Source of the DNA: Stramenopiles sp. TOSAG23-3
Taxonomy: Eukaryota
NCBI GenBank assembly: GCA_900128585.1
Contig: LT642185.1
Coordinates: forward strand, 1 to 39,164
Reading direction: 5' to 3'
Length of the DNA: 39,164 bases
The position numbers and the translations under genes are program-made. How positions within the stretch are numbered: position 1 is the stretch's first letter; each line of letters starts with the position of its first letter. This document shows positions 19,156 to 31,583 of the stretch, one piece after another. Below the pieces are notes generated by a model. The model did not search any database and was not told the DNA's origin. It was given only the letters and a program-made list of their open reading frames with translations.

Positions 19156-20430
19156 TTATTTACACAGGAATGTTTTGTAAGGCGAAGTCCGAGAAGGTGA
19201 CTTCTTCGGGGACGCTCCCCCTGCCGTTTGGCCGGTCCATCTACTGTCGAACTTTGCGTCTTTAATCAACTGCAGGCATGCAAAGTTACCATTTTCAGAT
19301 GCATATTTAGCCGCAGTCTTTTTTGTACAGTCTTTCATATGAAAGTTTGCCCCGTGTTTTAAGAGGAACTCGACAGTTTTTGGTTGGTCGAATTCACAAG
19401 CGTACATTAAGGCAGTCTTTTTATGGCAGTCCACCATGTTCAAATTCATGTTGCGCAACGCATCGTTTCTCAAGAAATTCGAAACTCCTTTTAAGTCCCC
19501 GCTTCTCGCTGGTTCCATGACAGTGAGGTACCTTGCGCCAGCACCCTTCAAGATTTTCGCACATTCGTGTCTGTTCTTAGCCTTAATGGCACACTTCAGC
19601 GCAGTGTCGCCATTTTTATCCCTAAGCTCGACGTCGGCGCCGCGATGGAGCAGTCGTTGGAGCACCCGGGGACAGCCGTTAATTGCGGCTCTAATGAGAG
19701 GCGTCGCACCGTCTGAGAGGCCGTGGCTGTTCAATAATCCCGAACCGTGCGGTGCGTTTAAAATGGTATCTACAATTGTTTCATTGTCGTTCTCCTTGCC
19801 GGCATAGTGTAAAGCAGTATATCCATTACCGTCGACCATACCAATGTCTTCTCCTAGGCGTATTAATTCCGCAACGTCTTTCGCGTTGCCCGCTATGGAC
19901 GCGTGGCTCAAAGGACACCGCTTCCACCCATACTTGGCTTTTAGTACATCTAAACTACTGCTTTCGGTGTCCAAAAGTGGTTGCTCCGGCGGCAACGTTT
20001 CTTTTATTTTTGACAACAAATTTACAGGCGTGAGGTCTGCACGCAAATGTTCAGGGCTAGCTATGTACTTTCCACTGGAACGTTCTAGGACGACGTGGTA
20101 TTTGCTAAATTTTCCAAGCGAAGGTGGCGTGGCCAAAACCGCGCATTTTATGGAGGTTTTCAGCCGTTCTAGGGCGGCTGTCAGTCGCAAACGCTTTAAT
20201 TCTGAGGATCCTACTAATTCTAAAAGGGCAGAATCGTTCAGCTGTAACGCAAGACCGCCACTAATTTGATGGTCCACAATCATTCTTAGCACATAACTTT
20301 GGACCGTGCAGAGTTCGGCATACTCTGCAAGTTGAACGTACGATAACTGCCGCACTTGGTGCCCAGAGAGGACTTTCCCCACGTTGTTGCCCATCACAAT
20401 TGGATTCCCTGCAATCCTCCACTCCAACAT
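19156..20430 (-). CDS. SAM-like domain + ankyrin repeat protein
   Basis: SAM-like IVDHQISGGLALQLNDSALLELVGSSELKRLRLTAAL; ankyrin motifs GYTALHYA, GATPLIRAAING, GDTALKCA and KKTALMYACE. An alternative start MGNNVG lies at 20394. Confidence 0.85.
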   Translation of the reverse strand: MLEWRIAGNPIVMGNNVGKVLSGHQVRQLSYVQLAEYAELCTVQSYVLRMIVDHQISGGLALQLNDSALLELVGSSELKRLRLTAALERLKTSIKCAVLATPPSLGKFSKYHVVLERSSGKYIASPEHLRADLTPVNLLSKIKETLPPEQPLLDTESSSLDVLKAKYGWKRCPLSHASIAGNAKDVAELIRLGEDIGMVDGNGYTALHYAGKENDNETIVDTILNAPHGSGLLNSHGLSDGATPLIRAAINGCPRVLQRLLHRGADVELRDKNGDTALKCAIKAKNRHECAKILKGAGARYLTVMEPARSGDLKGVSNFLRNDALRNMNLNMVDCHKKTALMYACEFDQPKTVEFLLKHGANFHMKDCTKKTAAKYASENGNFACLQLIKDAKFDSRWTGQTAGGASPKKSPSRTSPYKTFLCK

Positions 20431-21130
20431 TACACCTCTATAGTGAGAAAAATCGCCATGTTACTTTTGTCTGAGAAAGTTAATGTCATGAAGCGGGGCG
20501 TTTATCCCGGAATTCAAGGCTGAACAACGTACAGCTTTCGCCTAAAAAAGAAGAAGCGCAAAGAAGGAAATAATGATGATGATGATGATGATGATGTGAT
20601 AATAATAAAATATATAGTAGCAGCAGCAAAAAAAAGCAAGAAATAAAGTAAGAAAGAAAGAAAGAAAGAGAAGATGGTGGTGATGTTGCTGCTGCTACTA
20701 CTAGTATCCTCGTCGTAAAGTACCACCGGCGAAGAAGAGTTGCAGTTCGTTTTTATAGAAGAAGAGGATCTCTGTTTTTCTAGTCTGTCTATGTTCTATC
20801 AATAATAAATAATAAATATAATAATTTTTACCTCCTATTAATACTACTACCGGTACAGCATGCAATATGTACCTGGTATTAATACCTGGTACAACCTGTA
20901 CGTACCGAACTAAAAAGAATAATGGAGAATAATATATAAAATAGCCAACATCACCACAACAACAACAATACAACAATAGTTTTGTTGTTCTGTTGTTTTG
21001 TTTTTTTAAAAGTTTATTATAATATATGATGAGAGAATAGATAAAATGTGAACATTATGACATTGTAACGTTACCAGTGTTTCATTTCCCCCAAACATTA
21101 TATGTGTTCATCTCTTCGGATAAGGCAACA

Positions 21131-23971
21131 ATGGGTTTGTGTTCGCGAGGACTGGTATGGAGAGTGACCATGCGCGTTGACCGATTGATTTGTTTTGTCC
21201 TTTTCGGTGAACTTTGTTTTGGGTTTCGTGATGTTTCCGCTGGTGCTCCGACCCTTTGCATGGTCCGCGGTGGGCCAGGGAGAGAGAACACAATTCCTCG
21301 AAAAACTCATTTTGTTGATGCTACAAGAGAAGTTGGGATAGGGGGCGAAAAGCAGTGTGAAGTTAAGACGTCTCCGAACTGTTTGTTTGATTCTTGGGAT
21401 GGCAGCTTGAATCGTTGGTCGAAGGGAACGTTTTGCATGGAGGAGACGCTTAGTGGAGGCGCTTGTGTCGGTGACGTTAATAACGATGACTTCCCCGATA
21501 TCTTATTTCCGAGACTCCACGGGCCTCCTATATTGTACGTAAACCAAAAAGACGGAATGTTTAAAAACTTGACCCCGGAATATTTCCCAGGCTTAAATTA
21601 TCGCGGTGGTAACGGCTGCATGTTTGTAGACGTGAATAATGACGGCTACGACGATGTGTACATTTCTACGTTGGGGGAAAAACAATTTTATTTGTTTGTT
21701 TCTGTCAATGGATCTTCTTTCATCGAAAACAGCAATGCCATGGGATTAGCAAATACAAAACATGGCAGTGGTAACGGCAAAACTGCCGGTTTTTCGCTGG
21801 ATTGCGCGGATACTAATGGAGACGGTTACCTCGATATCATCACCACGGAGTGGCTCCCGTTGTTAGATAAAGATTCCGAGGGGTTAGCATCAGATACTCA
21901 AAATATCGCCACGAACTCAAGATTCTTTTTGAACAATAATGGAGAAGGCTTTTTCGATTTTACGGCCGACGCCAACCTGCAGCCCTCAATAAATGCTCCT
22001 CGGAATGCATATATGATATCCATGTGCGAGCCAATCGACAGAAAGGCGCTGCACAGGACTATGAGCGCGTTAGACGAACCTTTTCAGAAGCGCGAGAAAG
22101 AGCACGTTACTCGGCATCGGCTCAAGGCTGTGATACACAATTTTTTGCACGCGAAATACATTTTTGGACATATGAACTTCACGCGCAATAGTGGAGATAT
22201 CGGACAATACCGATTTTTCAATCTCCCGTACAAACTGTTAAATGCCAACCAAAACGATCGGTTCGTAACGATCGAATGCATTCTGCTTGGTAGTGACCGG
22301 CTTGGAACAATGGACATTTATGCCGATTACCAGCCAACCCCAACGCGAAAACGGTACATGACACGAACAAAGCCAGGCACAAAAGTCACCCTCACGGTAG
22401 AGATAAACCAACGTCAACAGTCCCCGCTGGCGGTCGGGCTGAAGTGCAACTCGGACAGCACTGAAGGGTGCCATTTTGAGTTGTCGTTCTACACTCACAA
22501 ATCAAACCACCACGTGACCAACGAATACCCCGAAGACCCGTGCTCCAACCACGACAACCGTGTAAAAAATGTTGGGAATTTGTTTGACGTAACCTTAACG
22601 ACATCGTGGGTAAGGTCGGAGACGTTCTTGCTCCATGCCGTGGACCAGTTGAAATGGCTCAGATCATCAAAGAAAGACATTCGGAAGCAATTGCGGTCGC
22701 TGTGTCGGCGAGCAAAACAACTGGACGATAGAATCGACTCCCAGTGGTCCCAAACGAAACAGAAGATTGTCGAAGTAATTCAAAACATGAGGGATGGCAC
22801 CGAAAAGTGGATAGGGTGGCAGGACTACCAGAGCGGCGAGCTATTCAACACGGACAGCATAATGCATTTTCAAAACTTCCCGCTTGTCGGCTCGTTTCAA
22901 TTCAGCGCAAAGTTTAGCGACCTTGACAGGGACGGTTTCCCGGATCTTATCATAAGCGGAGACTTCGGGCAAAGCGCCATTTATTGGAACGCTGGAAACG
23001 GGAAATCGCATTTCGTTAAATCGCATTTCGACCTTATTTCGGATGTGTTGGACAATAGCATGGGATGCACGGTAGGAGATTGGGATATGGACGGCTGGCC
23101 AGATGTACTGTTCACAAGCACGTCCATAAACCAACAAGAGCTAAAGAATTTAAACGCTGTAGCCACGACAGCAGGGATGATCTTAAACTTTCAAGGTAAC
23201 CATCTTTATAAAAACCTGGAAGGGTCCCGTAAGTTCGAGGACGTCACAGACCATGCCGGAGTGCGGCAGTCCGGTTGGGGGTGGGGGGCTTTTTTCTTTG
23301 ATTTCGACAATGACGGGGACCTGGACGCGCTGAATGGAAATGGCATGGACGACCCGGAGACTACAGACGACGATTTTGCTGTCAACCAAAAATTAAAATT
23401 GTACGTAAATCTGGGCGTGGAGGAGAATTTCGCAATGAAGGACGAAGCGGAGTTTTATGGGATTGCGTCTACCGAAGAGAATCGTGGAGCAATGAGTCTC
23501 GACTACGATAAGGATGGAGATCTAGATATTTTGATTGTAAACCATGGGGCTCCCCTGGTTCTGTACAAGAACGAAGGCGGAGATTTCAACGATTTTCTTC
23601 GAGTCCGAGTGCATGAAATTTGCGGGCGTGTGTCGATTGGTGCGAAAGTGTTTTTGCACCTTCGAATCGAGGATAGCATTCCCGTGTACAGGGAAATTAC
23701 CAACACTGCTGCTTTCCTCGGCCAAAGCGAGCTGGTGGCACACTTTGGCCTTGGAAAAGTGGAATCGCCAGAAGCCAAAGCGCACAACCTGACCGTACAA
23801 TTCAGTTTGCTTGATGGAATGAGGTTTGCGCTTACTTTTTTGGACATGGTTCCGCTGCGGAGTGAAATTAAAGTGGTTCGACCATTTGACTGGAAACTTC
23901 GTCACAAGCAATCGCCAACTGAGCTGGTGACAGGAGAGACCCTGTCCCCATGTCGAGGAAGAAGGGAGTGA
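21131..23971 (+). CDS. Secreted FG-GAP repeat + ASPIC/UnbV (CRTAC1-like) protein
   Basis: Seven DxD/NxDGxxD loops (e.g. GDVNNDDFPDI, DFDNDGDLD), WGWG, and C-terminal IGAKV...FLGQSELVAHFGLG. A signal-like segment follows the ATG at 21131 or 21170. Confidence 0.88.
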   Translation: MGLCSRGLVWRVTMRVDRLICFVLFGELCFGFRDVSAGAPTLCMVRGGPGRENTIPRKTHFVDATREVGIGGEKQCEVKTSPNCLFDSWDGSLNRWSKGTFCMEETLSGGACVGDVNNDDFPDILFPRLHGPPILYVNQKDGMFKNLTPEYFPGLNYRGGNGCMFVDVNNDGYDDVYISTLGEKQFYLFVSVNGSSFIENSNAMGLANTKHGSGNGKTAGFSLDCADTNGDGYLDIITTEWLPLLDKDSEGLASDTQNIATNSRFFLNNNGEGFFDFTADANLQPSINAPRNAYMISMCEPIDRKALHRTMSALDEPFQKREKEHVTRHRLKAVIHNFLHAKYIFGHMNFTRNSGDIGQYRFFNLPYKLLNANQNDRFVTIECILLGSDRLGTMDIYADYQPTPTRKRYMTRTKPGTKVTLTVEINQRQQSPLAVGLKCNSDSTEGCHFELSFYTHKSNHHVTNEYPEDPCSNHDNRVKNVGNLFDVTLTTSWVRSETFLLHAVDQLKWLRSSKKDIRKQLRSLCRRAKQLDDRIDSQWSQTKQKIVEVIQNMRDGTEKWIGWQDYQSGELFNTDSIMHFQNFPLVGSFQFSAKFSDLDRDGFPDLIISGDFGQSAIYWNAGNGKSHFVKSHFDLISDVLDNSMGCTVGDWDMDGWPDVLFTSTSINQQELKNLNAVATTAGMILNFQGNHLYKNLEGSRKFEDVTDHAGVRQSGWGWGAFFFDFDNDGDLDALNGNGMDDPETTDDDFAVNQKLKLYVNLGVEENFAMKDEAEFYGIASTEENRGAMSLDYDKDGDLDILIVNHGAPLVLYKNEGGDFNDFLRVRVHEICGRVSIGAKVFLHLRIEDSIPVYREITNTAAFLGQSELVAHFGLGKVESPEAKAHNLTVQFSLLDGMRFALTFLDMVPLRSEIKVVRPFDWKLRHKQSPTELVTGETLSPCRGRRE

Positions 23972-24248
23972 AACGGAAAACTATTTTATGAGTAAAATAC
24001 CTAATGCATTTATGATAAATAAACACACGGAGTATCATATAAAAACGCAAGCATCATCTTACTGATTTTAGCAAATTTAAAAAAAGGGTAAGTTCGTATG
24101 AATAAATTAAGACTTTTCTGTTCTTTACTCGCAAAAATTCTTGGACAACAATCGCGTCTCAGTGAGCATTAGCGGTGCGATTCCATTTTTCCCGTCCGTG
24201 GGAGATCTTACAACGCACACCTCACATGATTGATGTTTTGCCACCAGT

Positions 24249-25724
<1,476 letters not shown>

Positions 25725-27795
25725 TTATGTTGTTGAGTTCGTTTCTGTTCGCGTATTCACGTGCGCCTTTATCGTTTCAACTCTAGAATGGATAATGGAT
25801 GGAAGGAATTTTAATAAAATGATGATATTATTAGATGGAGGAGCGAGGAGTGAGATAGAAGAAGAAGAAGTAAAAAAATAAATAATATGAAGAAGAATGG
25901 AAGAATTGTTGAACAATTATTCTATGTTGTGCCTATGTAATACCAATTCTTTTGAAATTATTAAAAAGAAATGATGAAAAAAAAAAAATCTTTTATTTTT
26001 TTATCATTTTTTAAGAAGAAAGAAGAAGAAGAAGAAGAAGAGGGAAGAAAGGAAGGAGGTATTAATTATAAAGGAAATGCTATTTACCTGTATTTAAAAT
26101 AAAAAAGTCTAGAAAAAGATGATATGATAGATAAGCTAATTACAGCATCAAGTAGATGGAATAGAAAAGAACGAAGTTAATTAATTAAGGCACATTATTT
26201 TAAATAGAAGTAACAATTATATAGATAATTATATATAAGAAAAGTAATTGTATATTTAGCCTTAATATAGGATACGATTTTAAAGACCACTCACTCTTGA
26301 ATTCTTACTACAATATTAGAATATGATTTGTGTATACTTGTTATAGTATTCTACCTATTTGAAATACTCATTTATGCTCTGATTTGAATTAATTTTGAAT
26401 ACGGAAATAACATAAAAACAGCATAAAAACGAGAATTTTACTGGATTCTAATTTTTTTATTCCTTCTGGAAGGAAGAAGAAGGAAGGAATATAGGAAGTA
26501 AATAGTAGCGCGGCAAAAATGGGATGGGAGCCTACGCCTACATGAAAAGCTTTTCTTGATCTGAAATAAAACAGCAATTCCAACCTATTTAAATTGCCGT
26601 CTCCGATACTTGAATTCAATCTACTATACTTAAGTTTCGATTATAATAGTATGAATGTAGATAATCTAGTCGACGAATATACGTACTTAAAATAGTTAAA
26701 TTGGACAAAAAAGGAATTTAATTTTCTTTATTTTGCTTTTTTCTTGAAAGTATTCCTTACTATTTCTATGTTAATATTAATTAATGGTCCATCAGTAGTC
26801 TCGTTTCAATTCTCAAGAAAGAAATAGAGAAAATAAAAATCTCAATTCCCTATATTAAATTGTTTTATTGTTTTATATAAAAAACCTGCCCTCTGTTTAA
26901 TATAATACCGTACTTCCTCCAGCAGAAAGAAGCAAGCAATGAAAGAAAAAGCGAGGCTTTTTTTAATTAATATTTTTTTATTTATTAACTATATTTACGC
27001 GTATTATTCGTATGGCTTGGCTTGTATATGCTATGCTATGTGTGTGTATGTGTGTGTCTGGTCTGTGTCTTATTAGTAGGTATTTTATATATTTGTAGTT
27101 CTATGATGGGATGTATTGGTAGTAGACTATAATAAATGGAATACAGTACAGTTCTTCTTAGAACTCTCCCCTACTGTATTATACCATATGAATACCCTAT
27201 TGTGATTCTATTTGTTATTTAGTTATAGATTATTTCTTCATTTTAGTTTCGAGAGGTGGGTATAAAAAGTAATAACATAAAGATAAGGAAGAAAACCATG
27301 TTGTTGGATTTCGCTAAAAAATAATATATTTATATAATTATAAATAAAAAATAAAAAAGAATTCGTAGTAGTACGGTAGTAGTGTAGATTGTTGTTGGAA
27401 TAATAAGAGCCATTAAAAATTAATTTATATAGAAATAGCATAGAATACACAAGAAACAAAAAAGAAAAAAAAGAAAGAAATTGATCAAGTAGAGAGTATT
27501 AAAATTAATATTATTTATTTCAATAACATAGAAATACCATAGGAAAACAGAAGGAATGGCGGCGGTGGCGGCGGCGGCGAGGACGACAATAATAATAAAA
27601 AAAATGGAATAAATAATCAAAATAAATTAAAAGTAAATATATAGATGCGATTTAGACGATCGATTATCGTCTTGTACCATGAACGACGTGGGTCAGTTAG
27701 GTCACAGTTTTAAACTTACAGGCACAACGTATGTTTTTTTAATCCTATTGTTGAAAGAAAACGTCGTGTTGCCGTGGTGCCCACAGGTGGAAACT

Positions 27796-28649
27796 ATGCC
27801 ATCCTCCAAGCGCCCAGCCCCAAAGGGGAAGAAGTAAGTGTCCACCCTCCTCCCGCCGCCCCCCTGTTCGCAAAGCATTCGTAGTGCCGTTTTCCGTCCT
27901 TGGCTACCGCTGCGGACCCCCTCTCCCGCTCTGCAAACTCAGGGGTTGAGAACCTGCCCACGCCCAAGGATCGCTTACTAACATCAATTTTTTAATATTT
28001 CAGCTCAAAAAGTAAAAAGTCGAAAACCAATAGTAGGAAGAGGAACGCGCCTATTTATTGGGGAAAACCAGCAAGTGTCTTTGTCGGTGCCGCCTCTTCG
28101 TCGTTAGAGAGCATCAAACCGCCGGAATCGGCAACCGTAGACATTCCAGATTTTGATGGAGCATGGAAGCTAGATTCAGGCAGTTCGGAAACGTTAGAAG
28201 CGTATTTAAAAACGATGGGGGTGACCGAAATAGCCTGCGAAGCTGCCATGAAAGCTGAAAAGCAATACGCTACATTTCACATAATTGATATTAACGGGGA
28301 GGACTACAAGGTCAGCCGGAAGTCCCGAATGGCAAATAGAACTAGCGAGTTTGCATTTGGTAAGGAACACGTAGAGACCAGGAAAAGCGGGCGCGAGTTC
28401 AAAATTACCGTGAAGAAGGTAGAGGGCCCCAGGATTGTGGAAGAAACGTGCATTGATGGAAAGCAAAGGTTTGCGCTGACGAGGACCTTGATTACGAAAG
28501 ATCGAATGCATTGCATGCAAGTGTTGAAGATTCCCTCCAAGGCTGTCGTAACCCAGCGGTACTTCGATAGGCAAAAATTTTCAAAGGACTTTGAAATTGA
28601 TGAAGACTTTATGCGACTGGACAAAGGAATCCTGCCAGGGAAAAAGTAG
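27796..28649 (+). CDS. Spliced gene (exons 27796-27833 and 28004-28649, 227 aa): FABP/iLBP-like calycin protein with a basic N-terminal extension
   Basis: Splicing gives an in-frame MPSSKRPAPKGKNSKSKK...PDFDGAWKLDSGSSETLEAYLKTMGV...EFAFGKEHVET..GR...TRTL...VTQRYFDR, which follows the FABP pattern FxGxWKL..S..F..Y.K.MGV...F.LG.EF.E...DGR...R.Y. Confidence 0.75.
27834..28003 (+). other. Spliceosomal (U2-type) intron, 170 nt
   Basis: Donor GTAAGT at 27834, branch point TACTAAC at 27976-27982, acceptor TTTCAG ending at 28003. Removal joins the two exons in frame. Confidence 0.85.
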
Positions 28650-28851
28650 GGGGTGAACGTTGCCCGCCGTCTTATTGGCCACCCTCTTCGGAACACAGAC
28701 CATCTCACTTGGAGAAATAGTCAGGTAGTGCACGGTCCAGGGCGGGGCGGGGGGGGGCACCACTGGTGCGAGGCCTTTTTTGCCAGAAAAAGAGCCTCAT
28801 CAATGTCCTTATCGTTAATCCTTAACCTGTGGTATCCTACCTAAGACATTC

Positions 28852-28900
28852 TAAAAAACAATTTATATAGTATGCTTTAAGACTATCATTTTATATCAAT
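28852..28900 (+). repeat. Diverged copy of dispersed repeat module A
   Basis: TAAAAAACAATTTATATAGTATGCTTTAAGACTATCATTTTATATCAAT aligns to about 19002-19052, with 3 mismatches in the 29-nt core. Confidence 0.75.
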
Positions 28901-29027
28901 TCCATCCCTCTAGTCCTATCTTGATGGTTTAATTTTGATTTTTTAATTTCGTTTCGCATTCTATAGTCGTATTTGTACATTCTTTTTACGCAATGGCAAT
29001 ACACGCACACAGTTCAGTTCTTAAGCC

Positions 29028-31583
29028 TCAGGTGTAGCCGTGGTCGTGATGAAAGTCTTCTTCTTCTTCGTCCATAAAATGGTTGTTATTAAATGTCACG
29101 TCTTTTGGCATAATGTAGTGCGTCACTTGCCTCTTCAAGAGAATAGCCTGGACATCATCAAGCGTACCGTGTTCCACCATGCTTCGTAGTTTTATAGCCC
29201 GCATTGCCCTTGGAGATGCAACGCTCCCGGACGGTATACAATGCACACGCACTGATAGTGGCGGGCGCTTTGGTTTGCGCCGCAACCTGTCGGTTTTTGT
29301 TTTCAAAACTAACATACGTTTGTTGTTATTTATGCCAAATGACTGCCTTACACGGGTATTTTCTGCGATATTATGCACATCCAGCTTTTCCAACTCTAAT
29401 TGCTCTCGTTCATATTTCGACAAGGACCGCGATCCTCCCACTGTGACGCCTGCTTTCGGGGAAGGGGCATTCGTCTTCGCAGGCGCTGATGTGGACATTT
29501 TATCAAGAAAATAGGCAAACCTGTCCACGGAACCTTGCTTTCCAGCCCATTGCCGCTTCTCTGTCCGCGATTCTGTTTTCGTTCGACTGTACGATGGGGC
29601 CCCCGGCGAACGCTTCTTCCAATTGATTGTTCGCACTGTCGGCCGAGCAACGCCCTTCTTGGTAGCCACGGGTTTGCTGCCTTTTTTTTTAACGTCCATG
29701 TTCATCAACGGGCAAACGTGCTTGCCAAATAAGTCAAGTTCACCGAAGGAGTGGTGCAATTTCCCGCATCTCCCACACCGGTTGTGCCTTCGCTGCATTT
29801 CTTTGGTGCACGGTGTAATGAGCCCGTCGCTGTCAACTGCCGCCTTGACCCTTTGAATTCGGAATTCGTCGAACCTCTCTGTTGTGGCTTTCAAGTATTC
29901 CAAGGTGTTGAGGGCGTACTCTTGCGGTTCCAGCGCGTTGGACAACGAATCCATGTGGTGCAAGAGCGACTTTTGGTTGCCTTTGCCCTTGACGCCGTAG
30001 CTGGAAATATGGCTTGCAACGGCACTGGCTGAACTCAGGCCAGTGTGCATGAGAAAGTGGTAAAAATTACGCATGCAAATTTTTATTGCGACGACGTTTG
30101 TCAAGGCCTTCACATCTTTCAGGTAATACGGTACCTTCTTGACCATGGGCAGCTGGCCTACTAGATCAAACGTTCCCTTTAGCCCAACCCCAACGTTCAT
30201 TTTTTCCATTTGCCAAGACGTATCGGAAGGCTTAATCTTTGTTTTCAACACCTCCCAGTCCCATGGAAAAATCACCCGGCGCTCAGAGGATGTGACGCGC
30301 CGACGATTTCTCATGCCGGCGGGTTGCTGCCTCCGACCATTCCCGGGCCAGGGACGCTGAAAGCCTGGTTTCGCAGCCGCCCCCCTCATGTAAATAGGCT
30401 GTAATTCTTTGACCTCACCACTGGCTATCAGGTACATGTGCTCTGCTTCTTGCCCACTCCTGAGAAAGTATTCGTGTTTCTTAATTCTTACGATTTCGCA
30501 GTTGATAGCGAACTGGACAATTTGCGACCTAGGCCACCAGCTGAACATGAACGAATCCATTAGAACTTGTACTTTCTCTGAAATGTCAGACGAAGTGTTT
30601 TGGGCCTTGAAGAGCCGCTGGTAAACGGAGCGAGTCAGTGTAAAAAACAGCGTCGGCTCACCATTGTGTTTCCGAGGCCGCGGGAGGCCTTCTATGTGCT
30701 CTTGCCATTTCTCTGGCACAATTACGCTCGCGGTGCGCCGAGTCCCGATTGTGCTCAAAAGCGCAATTTCCCCAAAACCATCTCCCTCGTACAGTTCCCG
30801 CACCTGCATCCCCAACCGCCCCGTGTGCTTTAGTTCCATTGCGTTCCGGTGTTCCCCGAGCTCGTGCATCGACATTTCTAAATCCTGGTCCTTTGGGCTG
30901 CGAACAAAGATTTCCACGCAGCCTTTCATTATGACGTAGTAGTGGGGCCCTAAATCGCCCTGTTCAAAAACGAACTCCCCCGCGGAAACTTCATGAAATT
31001 GTGCCTGGCGTATGACCTCATGCAAAATATCCTCCGGGACTTTTTGTTTTAGAAAAAACTTCTGCGTGCTCGGGTTTGCCATGATCCAAGACGTGAGCTC
31101 CTCTATGACATGTTCTCCCCTTCCCACAGGGTCGATTTTTAATATTTCTATCGCACGTTCTATCGACACGTCCGTTTTTCTGTGAAGTTGCGCATAGTTG
31201 TGTATCACGTTCATGCAAAATTGGCGGAATTCGTAAAACGATATCATGCCGTCCATGTCAATTTTCTTGTGCTGATTTCCCTCTTCTTCGTCCTCTGAGG
31301 AGGACTCGTGTTCGCCAACGTCCATCTTTTTGAATGTTTCTTCTACTTCCGCTGGGTGGAGAAGAAATTTCAAAGGCTCAAATTTCTGTATCATTTCAAC
31401 GACTTTTGGGCCAGACAGTCCGGTCACCAACTCACGGAGGGAAATCCCACCTGAGCGGTCGATGTCCAAAAGATGAAAAAGTTCCGCAATGTGCTTATCA
31501 TTTTCCTCTCGCCTGCGCTTTTGAGTCTTCGGGGGCGCCGCTGCATGCTTTTGCGCTTCCGTGCCTTGCTCCGTCTCCGCCAT
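29028..31583 (-). CDS. EF-hand + two cyclic-nucleotide-binding domains + putative Zn knuckle protein
   Basis: EF-hand DIDRSGGISLRE; cNMP-1 VFEQGDLG..YVIMKGCV...GFGEIALL...RRTASV; cNMP-2 (SGQEAEHMYLIASGEV) is degenerate; CGRCGKLHH...CP. The likely start is MAETEQ at 31583, because the upstream in-frame sequence to 31733 is AT-rich. Confidence 0.85.
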   Translation of the reverse strand: MAETEQGTEAQKHAAAPPKTQKRRREENDKHIAELFHLLDIDRSGGISLRELVTGLSGPKVVEMIQKFEPLKFLLHPAEVEETFKKMDVGEHESSSEDEEEGNQHKKIDMDGMISFYEFRQFCMNVIHNYAQLHRKTDVSIERAIEILKIDPVGRGEHVIEELTSWIMANPSTQKFFLKQKVPEDILHEVIRQAQFHEVSAGEFVFEQGDLGPHYYVIMKGCVEIFVRSPKDQDLEMSMHELGEHRNAMELKHTGRLGMQVRELYEGDGFGEIALLSTIGTRRTASVIVPEKWQEHIEGLPRPRKHNGEPTLFFTLTRSVYQRLFKAQNTSSDISEKVQVLMDSFMFSWWPRSQIVQFAINCEIVRIKKHEYFLRSGQEAEHMYLIASGEVKELQPIYMRGAAAKPGFQRPWPGNGRRQQPAGMRNRRRVTSSERRVIFPWDWEVLKTKIKPSDTSWQMEKMNVGVGLKGTFDLVGQLPMVKKVPYYLKDVKALTNVVAIKICMRNFYHFLMHTGLSSASAVASHISSYGVKGKGNQKSLLHHMDSLSNALEPQEYALNTLEYLKATTERFDEFRIQRVKAAVDSDGLITPCTKEMQRRHNRCGRCGKLHHSFGELDLFGKHVCPLMNMDVKKKGSKPVATKKGVARPTVRTINWKKRSPGAPSYSRTKTESRTEKRQWAGKQGSVDRFAYFLDKMSTSAPAKTNAPSPKAGVTVGGSRSLSKYEREQLELEKLDVHNIAENTRVRQSFGINNNKRMLVLKTKTDRLRRKPKRPPLSVRVHCIPSGSVASPRAMRAIKLRSMVEHGTLDDVQAILLKRQVTHYIMPKDVTFNNNHFMDEEEEDFHHDHGYT

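Noticed and set aside
27654-27672. AGACGAT/ATCGTCT short inverted repeat and recurring TATCGT words upstream of some genes
   Set aside because: Too short and too inconsistent in position and orientation to call a promoter motif without enrichment statistics.
27729-27786. Second possible intron (GTATGT...CACAG) upstream of the FABP-like ATG
   Set aside because: No clear branch point, and its 58-nt length breaks the frame from ATG 27679. It could be a 5' UTR intron but cannot be supported.
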